From Iphione sp. A-MEVVRFRX5 (Eukaryota), in NCBI GenBank assembly GCA_976226885.1, contig OZ320313.1, positions 29,698,001 through 29,762,000 of the forward strand: a stretch of DNA of 64,000 nucleotides, read 5' to 3'. Every line of letters begins with the position of its first letter. Position 1 is the stretch's first letter. Shown here in pieces: positions 12,801-25,501 of this stretch. Position numbers and translations under genes: made by a program. The notes under the pieces were generated by a model, which saw nothing but the letters and a program-made list of their open reading frames with translations, did not search any database and had not been told where the DNA came from.

Positions 12801-15800
12801 TAATTTTAGCCCAAGATGTGAACGCTTCGCTTAAGCCAGGTAGATGCTTCTCCAGAAAGAGGTAGCTAAGTAGTGGGTTAAGTTCGCCGCCGGAAGCTTT
12901 CCCACGCATCCCCTATTACGTCTTGAGTTTCAATGCTAGGCCGACAAGTCTCAGCTCCTGAGCTGTGATTTTCTGGCATGTATTGAGTAGTGTTCGTTTT
13001 AGATTTAAGACTGCAATGAAGGTAATTTAACATTCGTTCATTGCCTCTTGAATTCTATCAGGCTAGTGTAGGGAGTGAGGAGGAAAATTATAATGTTACA
13101 AGGAAAAGTACTGCTGAAGAGCCCTATAGGCAAGGAGAAGAAAAAGATTGGAAACTATATGCTCATGAATCAGTTAGGACCAGTGCAATTGATCGAGATG
13201 AAAAAATGGAGACATAATCTATTCGATAGAAAAATTATGCCGATGGCCTGTCTGAAAAGGTCAGCAAAGTGATTTAACTGACGTACGTACGCAAAATGAT
13301 GACGTATGCAAAATTCACTGTGACAAGCGCTGACTATTGGACGTTGAGCAGACGACATTTCGGTCAGACCCTCCTGGTTTCCTGCAGCTCGAGAGGCAAA
13401 ATGCCTGACTGGCCTCCCAACGCAGCTTACTAGTCAGACAGATGCACTAAATCATTTGGGTGGTAAGGCGTCTATGGAATCATCTGATGAGCCACAGGTG
13501 GAGGGACGGCTGGTGTAGCTGGTGGTTAACGAACTATACGATAGGGAAGCCATAACCAACGCCCCCGGCTCTCTATGAACTGAAAATTTACCAACGGTGT
13601 CCCTTATATGAGAGACATGAGATGCTTGATTTCCAAGCTTTCACTTCCTGTGTTAATGGAAGAACGAAGAACCTTTAGATATTTTCAGCTAGAGGTAAAG
13701 TAAATTATGTCTGGTTGACAGCGGCTCCCTCTGCAAGGTCCGCTGCTTAGAGGTAAGTACGGGCACATAGCCACAAAGTCAGCGACCTCTCTGAAATCAG
13801 CCAGAACTGATCTAGGATAACGTCTTTCGAAACTACTCCGTAGCTCCAAAGTGGCCACACCCTCCAGACCACCCATCTATTGTCGGGTATCCATTTCTCC
13901 TATCTCCTGCGTAACATGTTTTTTCGGCAGTCTGTCTCATATGATTGTCTGACCGTTCTCCTTGTTGAACCTGAGGTTCCTGGGTCGTTTTCCATGGATG
14001 ACACAATATCTCTTCACCGTCACCGCCTTGTCTACTTGGGCCGGTCTTCCTCTGCCAGCCTAATCTATTAGAAAGGCACTTTTCCTCATTCAGTTCTTTG
14101 GATTATAAAGCCAATAGTAACTGTCCGCCAAGTCCTTTACTAGCTGCCGTGCTATGAGCTGTCACGATCCAGACAACACCTGTGTCTTTCTCCCAAAGTA
14201 GCGAGATGATACGAATGTTAAAAAGAGGGATTACGCTGTGCCTTTAATCTTCTCCCCGTGCTTTGATGTGCTGTCAACCCCTCCCTCTAGGCAGAAACAA
14301 ACACTGTCGTTCTTAATTCAATTGTCTTTTCTTCCTTCCCTCTCTTCCTGTTTGTGTTTGATTCTTTCATCTTCTCTATCTATCTATTTCCTCAGTTCGT
14401 ACCGTACAACTCTGGAGTGCTTTTCTTCAAGCATCTGATATATAATGTATGTATTGGTGGCATCCATGTGTTAGATACTAAAACGCCGAGGGATTGCAGA
14501 CATCAAACCACGTTCCAACCATTTCCACAGGCCTTACATCACTCACCAGATGGTCTGCTTTCGCCTTGAACACTGGCCGTTGGCACGGTCGAAACCTTTC
14601 AAGGAAGACAGCGTGGAAGCCAAGAAAACTGTGGTTTAGGCAAGTGTCTTGCTAATCGTTTTATGTCTGATGCTACTGCAAATGCTATAGTGGTCTTGTC
14701 GGTATGCAAGCAGTAGGCGGCTTCGTGGCAGAGAGGGGGATGTGTGAATTGGCACCTTGAAATATTCTGTAGGCCACAGCTGCAGGATTCCATAATGTCA
14801 CCAGGTGGTTGGTTAATGAAGCTTGGACGACCTTAAAGCACCTGGTGACTGCTGAAGGCAGTAGAAGCCACTTCTAATAAAAATACTTTGGACTTGGCTT
14901 TCTGATAGCCTTTGTTCTCATCATTGGTTCTCAGTGTTTCATTTATATCATGTCCTATATCTTCGGCAGTACCTCTCTGTCTGTATATGTGATAGGCAAT
15001 AAAATCGTTATTTAAAGACCTCATAGCAATGTTTGCTAGAGGAGGACCTTTTATTGAATATTTAAGGTATGCACTGAATATCCCCACGCGGTCTGACCGT
15101 CAGAGGCGGTGGTGTATTTAATGTGTCAGCAGTTTCTAGCCGCATAAAAACACCCCCAGTGTCACCAATAGAGCTCATGTATCACTGCCCAACTTGTCCG
15201 AAAAATCGTATAGATTAGTCTGGACACATTGTAGTTGGTTTTATTTCACACGAAATATTCTTTCCAATAGACTACTTGCTTCATCCTGGTTCTGCAAACT
15301 ACTGATTCATATACACGTACTTCCTAAACAGGCCCTCCAAGTAGCATGTTATTTTCAATGCCTGCTCAGTCTGAATGCCTTGATGTTGATTAGTGCCTAG
15401 AGCTGAAGTACTTAGCCTTCTCTTCCCTCTCCATACTACGCGGGTCGATTAGCATGGGTCCTTCTAGAAAGAGACAAATTTCCCTTGTAAACGGAATGAA
15501 GATGCCAGTATGGCACTCATGAAGATATGTTGGATACTAGAACGGCAACAGGCAGTGAATAATTACACTCTTTTTAACCATTGTCAAAACTTGAGTCAGA
15601 GAAGATAGTTGCTACCATTTTCAGTAGAAGACATATATGAAACGAGGAGCGCTGAACATCGTATCGAGGCGTGGCAATGCAATTTCAGACCTCCGTATTG
15701 TAAGACACGTGATAGCGTTAAGAGCTGCAGCGAGCGTCGTTCTGAGGTAACTGATTCAAGTTGAAATTACGAGTCGGTAGTTGATATTCGACGCGATTCG

Positions 15801-18219
15801 GCAGCTCGTAAGGATGACTGTGTATTGTTAAATGCGAAGGAGCATTATATTAGTCTCCACGCTTTTAGGAACTGCCGACGGACTTTTAACCAACGCACTT
15901 TCGTGGATTTCTTATAAAAATGTACTAAATAGGAAGTTGAAGGATTCAATGTTTAGTTCACTTCAATCCCCTTCCATTTGAAAAAAAAACGAGCAAAATG
16001 ACAGCTAAAAATTCTTATATATAAGATTAAAGATGGAAACACATGGGTTTCCTGTGTTTGACCCAGCTAGGTTGTATCCACGTCCCCTTGTATCGCCGTG
16101 TATGTACGCTGCTCAGCGATTATGCTGTATTTGCCAATTTTGCCGATCTGTAACCTCCGTTGTCCGTTCGGAATTTAAAACTGTGCCCAAACTGCACACC
16201 GCCACGTGTAAACATCCCGCAAAACTATCAGAGGCTATTGATTTAAGTGAGTCTTAACACGGGCAAAACCAACGATTGATTTATTTGCGACCCACCGTTC
16301 GGTTAATATCCTGCAGTAGCAGGGATCTATAATATGTGTTGCCTCGCTGAGCCGTCTCACCCGATATATCGATCGGATATTCCTTGCTATCGACGTTTCC
16401 GTCGATTTCCTTACTGTGCCTCCATTTTCCCTGCGTAAAGACGTGGCGTGCCTTGTAATGGGGCGGTGGGCGTAAGAGTTTACGATGTGAAAATGGACGC
16501 GTAGTCCCCGCAGTAAGTGCACTGCCCTTCGTTTTTAGAGTGTACGCCCCTTCTGTGTTGCAGCCATTAGAGTTTTTCTCTCTTAAAAGACTAACAGACG
16601 TTGTGTGGAGACACTGCATATATATATGGAGGCCCCAGACTTCGCGTCGGGTCGCTCTCAGTGACTTCCCAGACCACACCCGTGCCTCAGTGATTACTGT
16701 GCCGAATTGGCACATGGTAATTAATTATGACTGCGCTGCTACGTCGGCGAAGGTACTGAATAAGAAACCGTAAAAAAAGCGTTCGTCCTTCCATTTCACA
16801 CAGTCCTTTGAACATTGTCTCACATGATAATGTTAAAAAATTGGTCTTTACAGGCATTTTTCAATGCCTCTCTCAAATAAAAGTCACTAAGGAGGCGGGA
16901 CGGCAACAATACATGCCTTGAAATATCTACTTACAGCGCGTTAACGAGCCGGGGCTATTGCCATATACTGACTTTTGTTTAGCAGCCCTCTATGGACGAA
17001 TTGTATTCTAAAAGAGTTCGTAGTTCATGAAATGGCCCTGTTAGATCACGTTTTCCCTCAAGATCTTTCTATGTACAGTGTATACATACTGTTGTTGTTT
17101 AGGGGTACATATAATTACTTTTCCTAGTCCCAAAGTACTGATGAGCCTGCAATGTGGGATTCTTTTCGGGGCATTTATGAGAATAATCCAGTACATACAT
17201 CTTCACATGAGGAGCAGCTCAGAGCTGGTGTGCTCTGGTCAAGCTAGAATCACCAATCGGTACACGGGTGTTAATTTGCATTTCAGCTTTGACAAATTAT
17301 ACTTCCATCGTTGCACAAGTTATCTGTCAATTGCTGCGGCAACAGTAAGATACTGTACCACGATTGTAGTGAAAGCATGCAAGAACTGTAATCCCTCTGG
17401 CCGTCTCTCCCCGGGAACATCTATATACATTATGTACATGTATATATACATGTACATTATTTTGGATCTGACAAATAGACCCTTGAGTCTGATAGGTTTT
17501 TAGTCGTGTGGTAGATCGCATTCTTGTCAGCACACTGGAAGCCATAGACGATAACATCACCGTTTCTCCCAGCCAATCTGTCTGAGCAGCTTACGTCACA
17601 GTAGGCTGTTACTGGGGCAGACATGTCATGCTGGAGGCAGAACGTTTATATAGGCCGTAGCCCCCGTCGTTCCCCTGCGCTTCCAATCTGGTTGAGCTAA
17701 TTTAGTACTAAGGATGATGGGTCAAGACGAATGTAGATGCAGCTAGCCAAATTAATTGTTATTTTTGAAGAAGGGAGGCCCAATGTTTGTTTCTTCTGAA
17801 TCCCGTTTACTTACCACTCCAGCAATGATTATGCACGCTTGAATGTTGTGTGTGCGTGTGTGTGTGTGTGTGGATGTACGCACGCGCATGTGTGAGTGTG
17901 GATACGTTGGGCTGAGCAAATATCACCTTTCATGAAGTGGCCATCGGTGTGTCAATCTTGGCCAGGCTTGTGCTTTCGTACATTGCTCGGAGACTTGTTG
18001 TCTTCGTAGCGTGTGTCACAGATCCTGTGGGTGAGACGGCTGTCATCTAGCATGGCTACTGTAAGATCCAATAGAAAGGTTGTTCCTGTCAGCTTCTCAG
18101 GAAGAGTTGGTCGAGTCGGTATGTTTTTAATAGATTGACTAGGGAAGGATTGGCGATGGTACTTCAGACCCGATATTCAAATATTAGCTTACTTATATGA
18201 GCTGATCGTTATGTACTTA

Positions 18220-18541
18220 GGCCTAAAAAAAGTTCTGTTTCCGATAACAAGCTAAAAATTTAGAGGTTTGATTGGTAGTTGGCATTTTTATATTTTTCTT
18301 TTTTTCCCAATGTTAATTGCCTCTCAGAGTAACAAATGTATATAGTAAGATCAGTTCTACTGCTTAGATTATATACCAAATGAAAGCTAATAATGAGAAC
18401 AACAAAATGATGTATAGTATATGTCTCTATCAGCTTTCATTCCAAAGATACGCACAAAACAAGAAAAAAATTAAACATTTCCATTGGTACTAAAATCAGG
18501 GTTGGTCGGGTTACCGGAGACAAATATTTTTTGTTTACACC
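18220..18541. mobile_element. Degenerate PIF/Harbinger-type MITE
   Basis: Left end GGCCTAAAAAAAGTTCTGTTTCCGATAAC; right end GGGTTACCGGAGACAAATATTTTTTGTTTACACC (imperfect inverted repeat). TTA on both flanks (18217-18219, 18542-18544). Ends resemble those of the 59632 element. Confidence 0.5.
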
Positions 18542-19411
18542 TTAGACAAAACGGGTACAGTCTGCTGGGAGGGAGGGAGATACAAGTTCTGGTACCAAGA
18601 ATCCCGAACGAGCCCAAGAGCATCATATTCAGCCAAACAGAAAGTAAACAAATTCTTATTTTGAGTAAGCATGCTCAGTACTTCCTGGACTGGTACCCAT
18701 GCCCTCACTTCAAATGAGCTTGAGGAGAAGGTACCAGTCTAATTACTGTGTTTTTGCTTTTGTTGTTGATTTTACATAGTTAAATACATTTATAATGGTG
18801 GGAAGAATGTTTCCACATAAAAACTTGTCAGTTCATATTTATTTCTAGCTAGAGCTACCTAAATTTATCTTTAACTCTTGGGAACCACATTCGTTTGCAT
18901 ACCAACAGTGTTGGTACGCACTGATTCACCATCCCCTCCTAGTGGCTAGTAATATTTTCGCACAGGCATGGAATACATAGATATACATGTACATGCACTC
19001 AATCACTGATAGACTGTTAAAACCTCATGTAGGATCGATAAATGTACAGATGTGTTTATGTTACGCATAGGCTGTTCAACCACCCATAGAAACGATGAAT
19101 GTGTGAAGCAGGTACAGGGCACATGAACGCCACGTTATCGGAAGTTGTTGGTCGGATGGCTTTGAGATAAACAATGATGGAAGGAGAGGCCACTGATGAG
19201 GGAGTGTTTGCGCTGAGACAGAAATAGAAAATGGCTTGGAGGCCGACCGAGCCCTTAGAGACCTATACGCCTCGGTGATGGCGGCAGGAAGGCCACATAT
19301 GTCTGATTAGTTTTCTGCTGATGTAAGAGTAATTATATTCAGGAAGGTCTGACAGTTCACTAATGTATCGCGTCTTTCCAAGTTCGGTCGCTTTCCCTAT
19401 GGTTTCAAACA

Positions 19412-19462
19412 GTGTGTGTGTCTTTGTGTGTGTGTGTGTGTGTTTGTATGTGTATGTTTGTG
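19412..19462. repeat. Imperfect (TG)n upstream of the long DGK first exon
   Basis: Directly visible. Confidence 0.9.
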
Positions 19463-19607
19463 TGCCCCCCCACGAGAGGTGTGTGCATTTGTACGGACTT
19501 GATCCGCTTATTGTACCTGCAAGTATCGCTAATCTATACTTATCGACTTTTGAACCTTTTCATTCCCCGCACCTTCTGACTACGGTTCGCTCCACATTCA
19601 AGCATAC

Positions 19608-20884
19608 ATGGTTGCCTCGAACTCCAAGATGAACCTATTCAAGAAAGCCCGCTCGCGCTCACCGTCTTTCGACATTCCGAAGCTGTGTCTGTCCCGACAG
19701 AAGAGGACAGAAGTGCCGCCCACCGAGGCAAGCTCCAGCCAGGTCGACCCAAGTGGTGCGGCTGTCGCGGCAGGCACAGACCCGGGAACGTGCAACGACG
19801 ATGGTGCCGGCACCCTCCATCCTCCCACCTCCCCAGGTGCTGGCGGCAGCGGCGGCGTCGTCGGCGGCGGCGACAGCGATGCCGGGGGCGCCGCAGCTCC
19901 GTCCACTGGGGTCGTGGGCTGCGCCGGCGGCGTCGGTGGCGGAGTCGGTGGCGACGCGTCATCGTCTGGCGCAGGCGCCGGCACCGGCGGCGTGGGATCG
20001 TCGGCGTCGGTGAGCAGTGCCAGCCCAGCCAGTAGCAACGGCTCGGGCGGCCAGCTGGACGAGCGGCAGCGGCGGCGGCGGCGAGTCCCGGCCTCGAACA
20101 GTCTGGAGGTGCCGCACCTGCCGCGTATCCGGTCGTCGAGCTTTGACACGAGCACCTTGCACCACGAGGAGCAGGTCGCGGCCGACAACACTCTAGTCGT
20201 TCCCGAGGCCAGCTCCTACCGCTCCAAGTCGTTCGATGCCTCCTACAGCTCGGAGGAATACGTGTCGGACCGCGAGTCGTCGTCGTCCATCTTTCTAGCG
20301 CTGCCCAAGTATTACCGGCGCCGCTCGCTGGAGATCCCTCGCTTGTGTATCCACTGCGTACACCTTGAGGCGCTCTCTAGCCAGGAGAACACACCCACCT
20401 CGCCAGGCGGCAACAAGTTCGATCTAAACCGCATCAACAATTTCGCCTACGACTCGCTGGATGACTTCAGCAGCGACGACGACGATGACGACGAGGACGA
20501 TGAGGACTACGATGACGGTGGCGGTGCCGGTGGTAGCGGTGCTGGAAGCGGCGGCAGCGGAGGAAGCGGAAGTGCGGGAATGTGCGGCGTGAAGGTGTCG
20601 CTCACCCCGCCGCCCGATCCGTACGGGGCGCTGTCCCTGAGACCGAGCGAGGACCAGGGGTGCAGCGTGGTGACGTTGGCCGTGCCCATGTGGAAGCCGC
20701 GTTCCTCATCCGTCGACGCCGCCTACATGCAGGTCGGCCCCGTTTGCGACGAACGACGCGGCTCCTTTGACCCTGGAATGCTGGACGTGCCCAAACAGCC
20801 GCGCTCCTCATCAGTCGACGTAACGCTGCCCACCCCCGAGTCGTCACACTATAAGGCCATCACGAGTACCAAGGCTGAGGACAG
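19608..20884 (+). CDS. DGKZ/DGKI (rdgA): Diacylglycerol kinase type IV (zeta/iota, rdgA-like): long first coding exon encoding a disordered N-terminal extension
   Basis: 426-codon GC-rich ORF from ATG 19608 ending at donor AG|GTAAAT (GT at 20885), phase 2. It joins exon 57153 in frame (GAC AG+G AAA = D-R-K). Motifs NSLEVP, RSSSFD, RSKSFD, CIHCVHLE, RSSSVD and VTLPTPESSHYKAI parallel the Drosophila rdgA N-terminus as I recall it (NSLEVP, RSASFD, RSHSFD, CIHCHYLE, RSRSVDIVLPT..ARYKAL). Confidence 0.92.
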
Positions 20885-23800
20885 GTAAATCTCACACTCT
20901 TTACTTACACACGCCGGGACACACCTCGTCTCTTACCACCACACCGTGTGTGGTCTCCCTTTACCAGTGGTTTTTCTTCGATAGTGTCGCATACAGGATT
21001 GTTTATAGCACGTGTAGCACCTTCTGATAATCGTATGCCGGCTTCAGTAGATAGCCAGTCAATTTTATAGATGATAGCAGTGGTGACCTTGAGTCCTAGA
21101 CAACGTGCACATTTGTGGCTAAAGCCTTAATGTATTCTGCATAGCATTGCAGTGATAGGTCTACTGAACGATGGCTGGTTGCATTGTGCTACATGTGTTC
21201 CTTTTTAAGCCATATTCTATCAGCAACGATGCATTAGAATTGCCTTTGATCCATTGAAAAAAACACGTACCTGTGTATATTGTATAATTCATTTCCCGAA
21301 ACGAACAACGCTCGTCCCGTCACCACAAGATTGGTCGTTACTGTCATTGTTCTTATATAATAGAGTGGTAATTCAAGTTAGAAGTTAGAAATGTACAGGG
21401 CAGCCAGTCAGACTTCTGTTGTTCTGGTCTCGCATAGTAATTCCTTCTGGTTTTAAATAAACGAACATACGATCGCAATGCTCCTAACAACCTATTTAGC
21501 AAGCTGACATACTTTCTATTCTCGGCGACAAATAACACGAAGAGAGCCAAAAGTTACTACTTCCATGAGATCAACTTTAGTAGTCATTTTGGTATCAAAT
21601 TTTGTTGACCTATAATATTTAAGGAAGGGACCAGCTGGTTTTTATATTTTTAAAAAATTGCATTTCTAGTTTTCATATAATGAGTAAACAAATGCTTCCC
21701 ATCTTGATTTGCCTTGAAGAATGATATCGACCAATTAAGTCTAAAAAGATATTAAGCCATTCAGCGCTGTCGGACCCAGCAGTCAGTTACACGATACTCA
21801 TTTATTCAGTAATATACATCATAATCCTAGTGGGTCAATCCTACGGTAATGGTGGGCGGCGGTTTCTAAAGTGACTGGCGAAATGTGCAGCCATATTCAG
21901 ATAATTGGAAGTAGGGAACATTCTACAGACGTGTCCGGCTAGCGCTCGGCTCAGGACCACATAACTAACCCTTTCCATCACGAGAGTCTCTTCCGTTATC
22001 TTTCCTTCCTTGGCCCTTGGGCCCAAGGTACTCCCCGCTCTACTTTCAGAGTCTGTCAAGGACTCTGGCCAGCTTAAGCAAGTTCTGTACCTGTTAGGAA
22101 GTGCATGGCGTGCTGAGCCAGGAGAACAAGGCCGCCCGTGGTTGTTTGGATCGTATACTCAGTGCCCTTGGGTTTGTGAGTAACATTTAGGCTGTTAATA
22201 CCGACGTCACTCGATTACTAAGGGAGAAAGCGAGGACCGGCGTAAACTAGCAGTGGATGTCTTGCATGGGAAGTGACATTGATACCAGCAGGAAAAAAAA
22301 CAAGAGCGTAGCTGTGCATTGTCCAGCGTAGTACAATTTCTATCGTTAAGATGTATCGTCAATAGAACAGTCAGCAAGTCACCTTCGTCTTCGTTCTTGG
22401 TCAGCAGTTGTTATTCTACCATTTCTTCGCACCAGCCTCAACCATTGTCTGATGTTATATCGCCCTCTGCCTGTTTCAAGTAGAGGCAGTGCTCGTTTAT
22501 GTTGTCGTTTGATCATTGCCTTCCTGATTGGTGTCAATGACAAGACTTGCTAATGAACCTACTCAAAGGCGGGCTGCACTTACGCCGCAGGCCAGTCACT
22601 GGGAGCCACCCCCATCCTCGCAAGGTATTAGATGGCAGGACAAATTATTCTTCACATTTTAGATCGTGTCCTCCTTATCCTCCGTCTCCTCCTCTTCCAA
22701 GACATGCCATGGGTATTTGCTCTCGCTTGCATTTCGCAAATGTGCGTTCGGTGATAATTTATTCCGGAAATCGGAAATGGCTTCCCATCAGGCTTGTTAC
22801 CATTGGCTGTAGAGGTTTAATTGGATTCTAGCAGAGGTAATGGCGGTGGGGGAAGACCATTTGCTGGTAGAATTTTGTCTTTCTTGAACCGATATGCTAA
22901 TTTCATATCCAAATGCGGTTAACAGAACTACACTGAAAAAAGGAGGTCTACACACATTCTGCATTGCATACTTAGTTCCCCTTTCAACTCTAGGGAACAA
23001 TGAGTAAGTTGTGAGTGTCACTGGGTGTTCTTCTCCATGATTACTGCCAAGCACACTCAGAATTTCTACTGGTTGAGTGTTCCAGTGTCACAGAGCACTG
23101 CCTTCCTAGGTTGATGGATATTCCTCTGCCTTTACTTCACCCCTCCGCCAGGATCGTGAAGAAAGATGTCCCACTCCGCGGGTATTGTACATATAGTATA
23201 TGAATCTATACTACATGCTATGCACTTTCATATCCCCAAAAAATTGCGGGCGTTTGGTTGATTTAAAACTCTTACAGAGGATTTTAACCAAAATATGGTA
23301 CATAAGTGTGTGTGGTTATTAGTGGAGTTAAAACAAACTTGCTTTGTGGTTGCCTCCTATAGTACATATATATACTTCATTTTGATTAGTCCTTTAGATT
23401 TCTCGCCCTATTTGTTCATTACACTGCCTATAAAAAATCCCCCCAAACTAATCCATCCACATGAGGTCTTATCTCATAGTGAGGTCAATTCAGAAAAGTA
23501 TATTATTTATATTACTGAAGCGTACCCAGGGATACTTTAATAACCTCTTCCAGACTGACCCTAGGCTTATCGTACATATATGTATGATAATATTCAAGGT
23601 AGTTGTTAGATAATTGATCTTTTATGGACATTGGTCATTTTTAGCACACAGCAAGATCTTACTGTAAGCCACCAGCTTGTCCTTAGCTTTTGTAAAATAC
23701 ACTGGGTCACCATGGTAAAGCAGTCAAATGAACTGTAAGAATTCAGCATGTTTACATATGTTGATAGCATATGTTGACAGCATATTAATATTTCCATCCA

Positions 23801-25431
23801 TTAGGTATGTGCCCCCTTGTATCTGCTCATAAGAATGTATGTATATATTTACGTCTTTTTATTATGATGCGCTCTCTTCAGGGAGGTCATCTGTTTTCAT
23901 TTCTGCTAAGGAATCGAGAATTGCCCCGAGTCCCCAAGAGACTGTGCCGTATCGGAAAGAGGATTGCTGTGGCTTCTACCATGAGGATCTCATCAGGCAC
24001 CATTTGGAGGAATTTGCTTGTCACGGCCACCACCATAGATGGTTTCGGTGTGGCCAGTATTTCAAGCCTTATTCACGTAGATATCCCTCCTGTAAACCCC
24101 CCCAGATCTCGGGGAGATTGAGATTTGAGTGTAATCCCTGACCCAAATGGAACAGTCGACGGACAAGTCGTAGGAGTCTTGTGTTTTTAGTGTACTCAAT
24201 GGAAATCAACTAGGGGTGTATGGTGAACCCTCAGTTCATTCCCAGTTGGCTGTAGTCATGTATGGTATCATTTTAATAGAAATTTGTCCCTTTGAAATAG
24301 TCAATTTCGAAAAATAATCCCTGTCTATCATATTTCAAAGACACAGCTTTCAACCTATACATAACCTAAGGCAGTTTCCAGTAGTGGCACCTTCCAGTTT
24401 TCTGACAGGCAGTGATGTTTGGTATGCTCTCCCAAGGAAACCGGTGCTTCAAGCGCTTCCCTTTCCGCCTCGTGTTGCAACAGACTCTCGCTGAACAGTA
24501 CCGCTTGGGCGCGCAAGGTGGTGAGATTTACAGTGCAGAGCTCGCCATCTGCGAAGCAGAGACAGATATAGGCCCTTTTCCTGCGAAATGGGGCGCCCAT
24601 TTTTCCTGGGAGCTTCGTGGCCGTGAACCAATAACTCAAGTGCTTTTTTAGCTGGTATAAAACAAATTTTGCCGCTGCTCACCTGTCAGCGCTAGACCTA
24701 CCCTTGTTGCCTTTACTGCGCAGTGAATGGCCTGGTGGCGCTCGCAGGCCAGAAGCTTACGAATTAAGGTTTACTGCAGGCTGCCGATTTGGAAATCCCA
24801 GCTCGCTCATGATGAATTCCAAACAGCTGAGACCTACGTAGTCATTATGTGTTTTCAGCTCGAAGCTTGTAGCCTCCCACCCTGTAAAGTGACGTGTATT
24901 CCAAGGCACATAGCTTCCATTCGCAACGTCAGAGACCGTTATGCCATTTCGATAGCGAATATACATGTATATGCACTAGCAATTGACGTTTTTAGCCTGT
25001 GAACGTTGCATGTCACAGCGTCCAGATTATCGTTTCATGTGTAAAAAGCAAGCCTGCTCAGATAATACGAGGCATGGAGAAAACGACACAGTTGCAGCCC
25101 TTCCGAAGACAACTTACAGCTTCCTGGTTCCATATTGATGTACGTTGCAGGGAAATAAATCAATACACATAATTCAGTTACATTGACGACGTTTGAAGTG
25201 AGATAAATGTGGGTCCGTAGTCTTTTAAGAAAGAGCCATTTCTAAACTGCTAACAGCCGCTCCTTCCGGCTCCATATGGTCACATCATTACACTGTCTTT
25301 TTGCCCCTGCTTCTAATGTGGCCGTGCTTGTTTAACATAGCTTTCCCCTCGTTATCAGCTTTTGTTGAAGACTAACTATTCCAACATATTGTACATGTGT
25401 GGTCTGACAAGTTTTCTTATTTGCATTTAGA

Positions 25432-25448
25432 CTCTCTCTCTCTCTTCT

Positions 25449-25496
<48 letters not shown>
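25432..25496. repeat. (CT)n microsatellite
   Basis: Directly visible, slightly interrupted. Confidence 0.98.

Positions 25497-25501
<5 letters not shown>

Noticed and set aside
13685-15400. Broken minus-strand reading frames suggestive of a decayed TE
   Set aside because: Many stops, no diagnostic motif and no termini found.
19598-20847. Several overlapping ORFs of 60-197 aa on both strands
   Set aside because: These are shadow frames of the GC-rich, low-complexity DGK exon. Only the 19608 frame has family motifs and a compatible splice junction.
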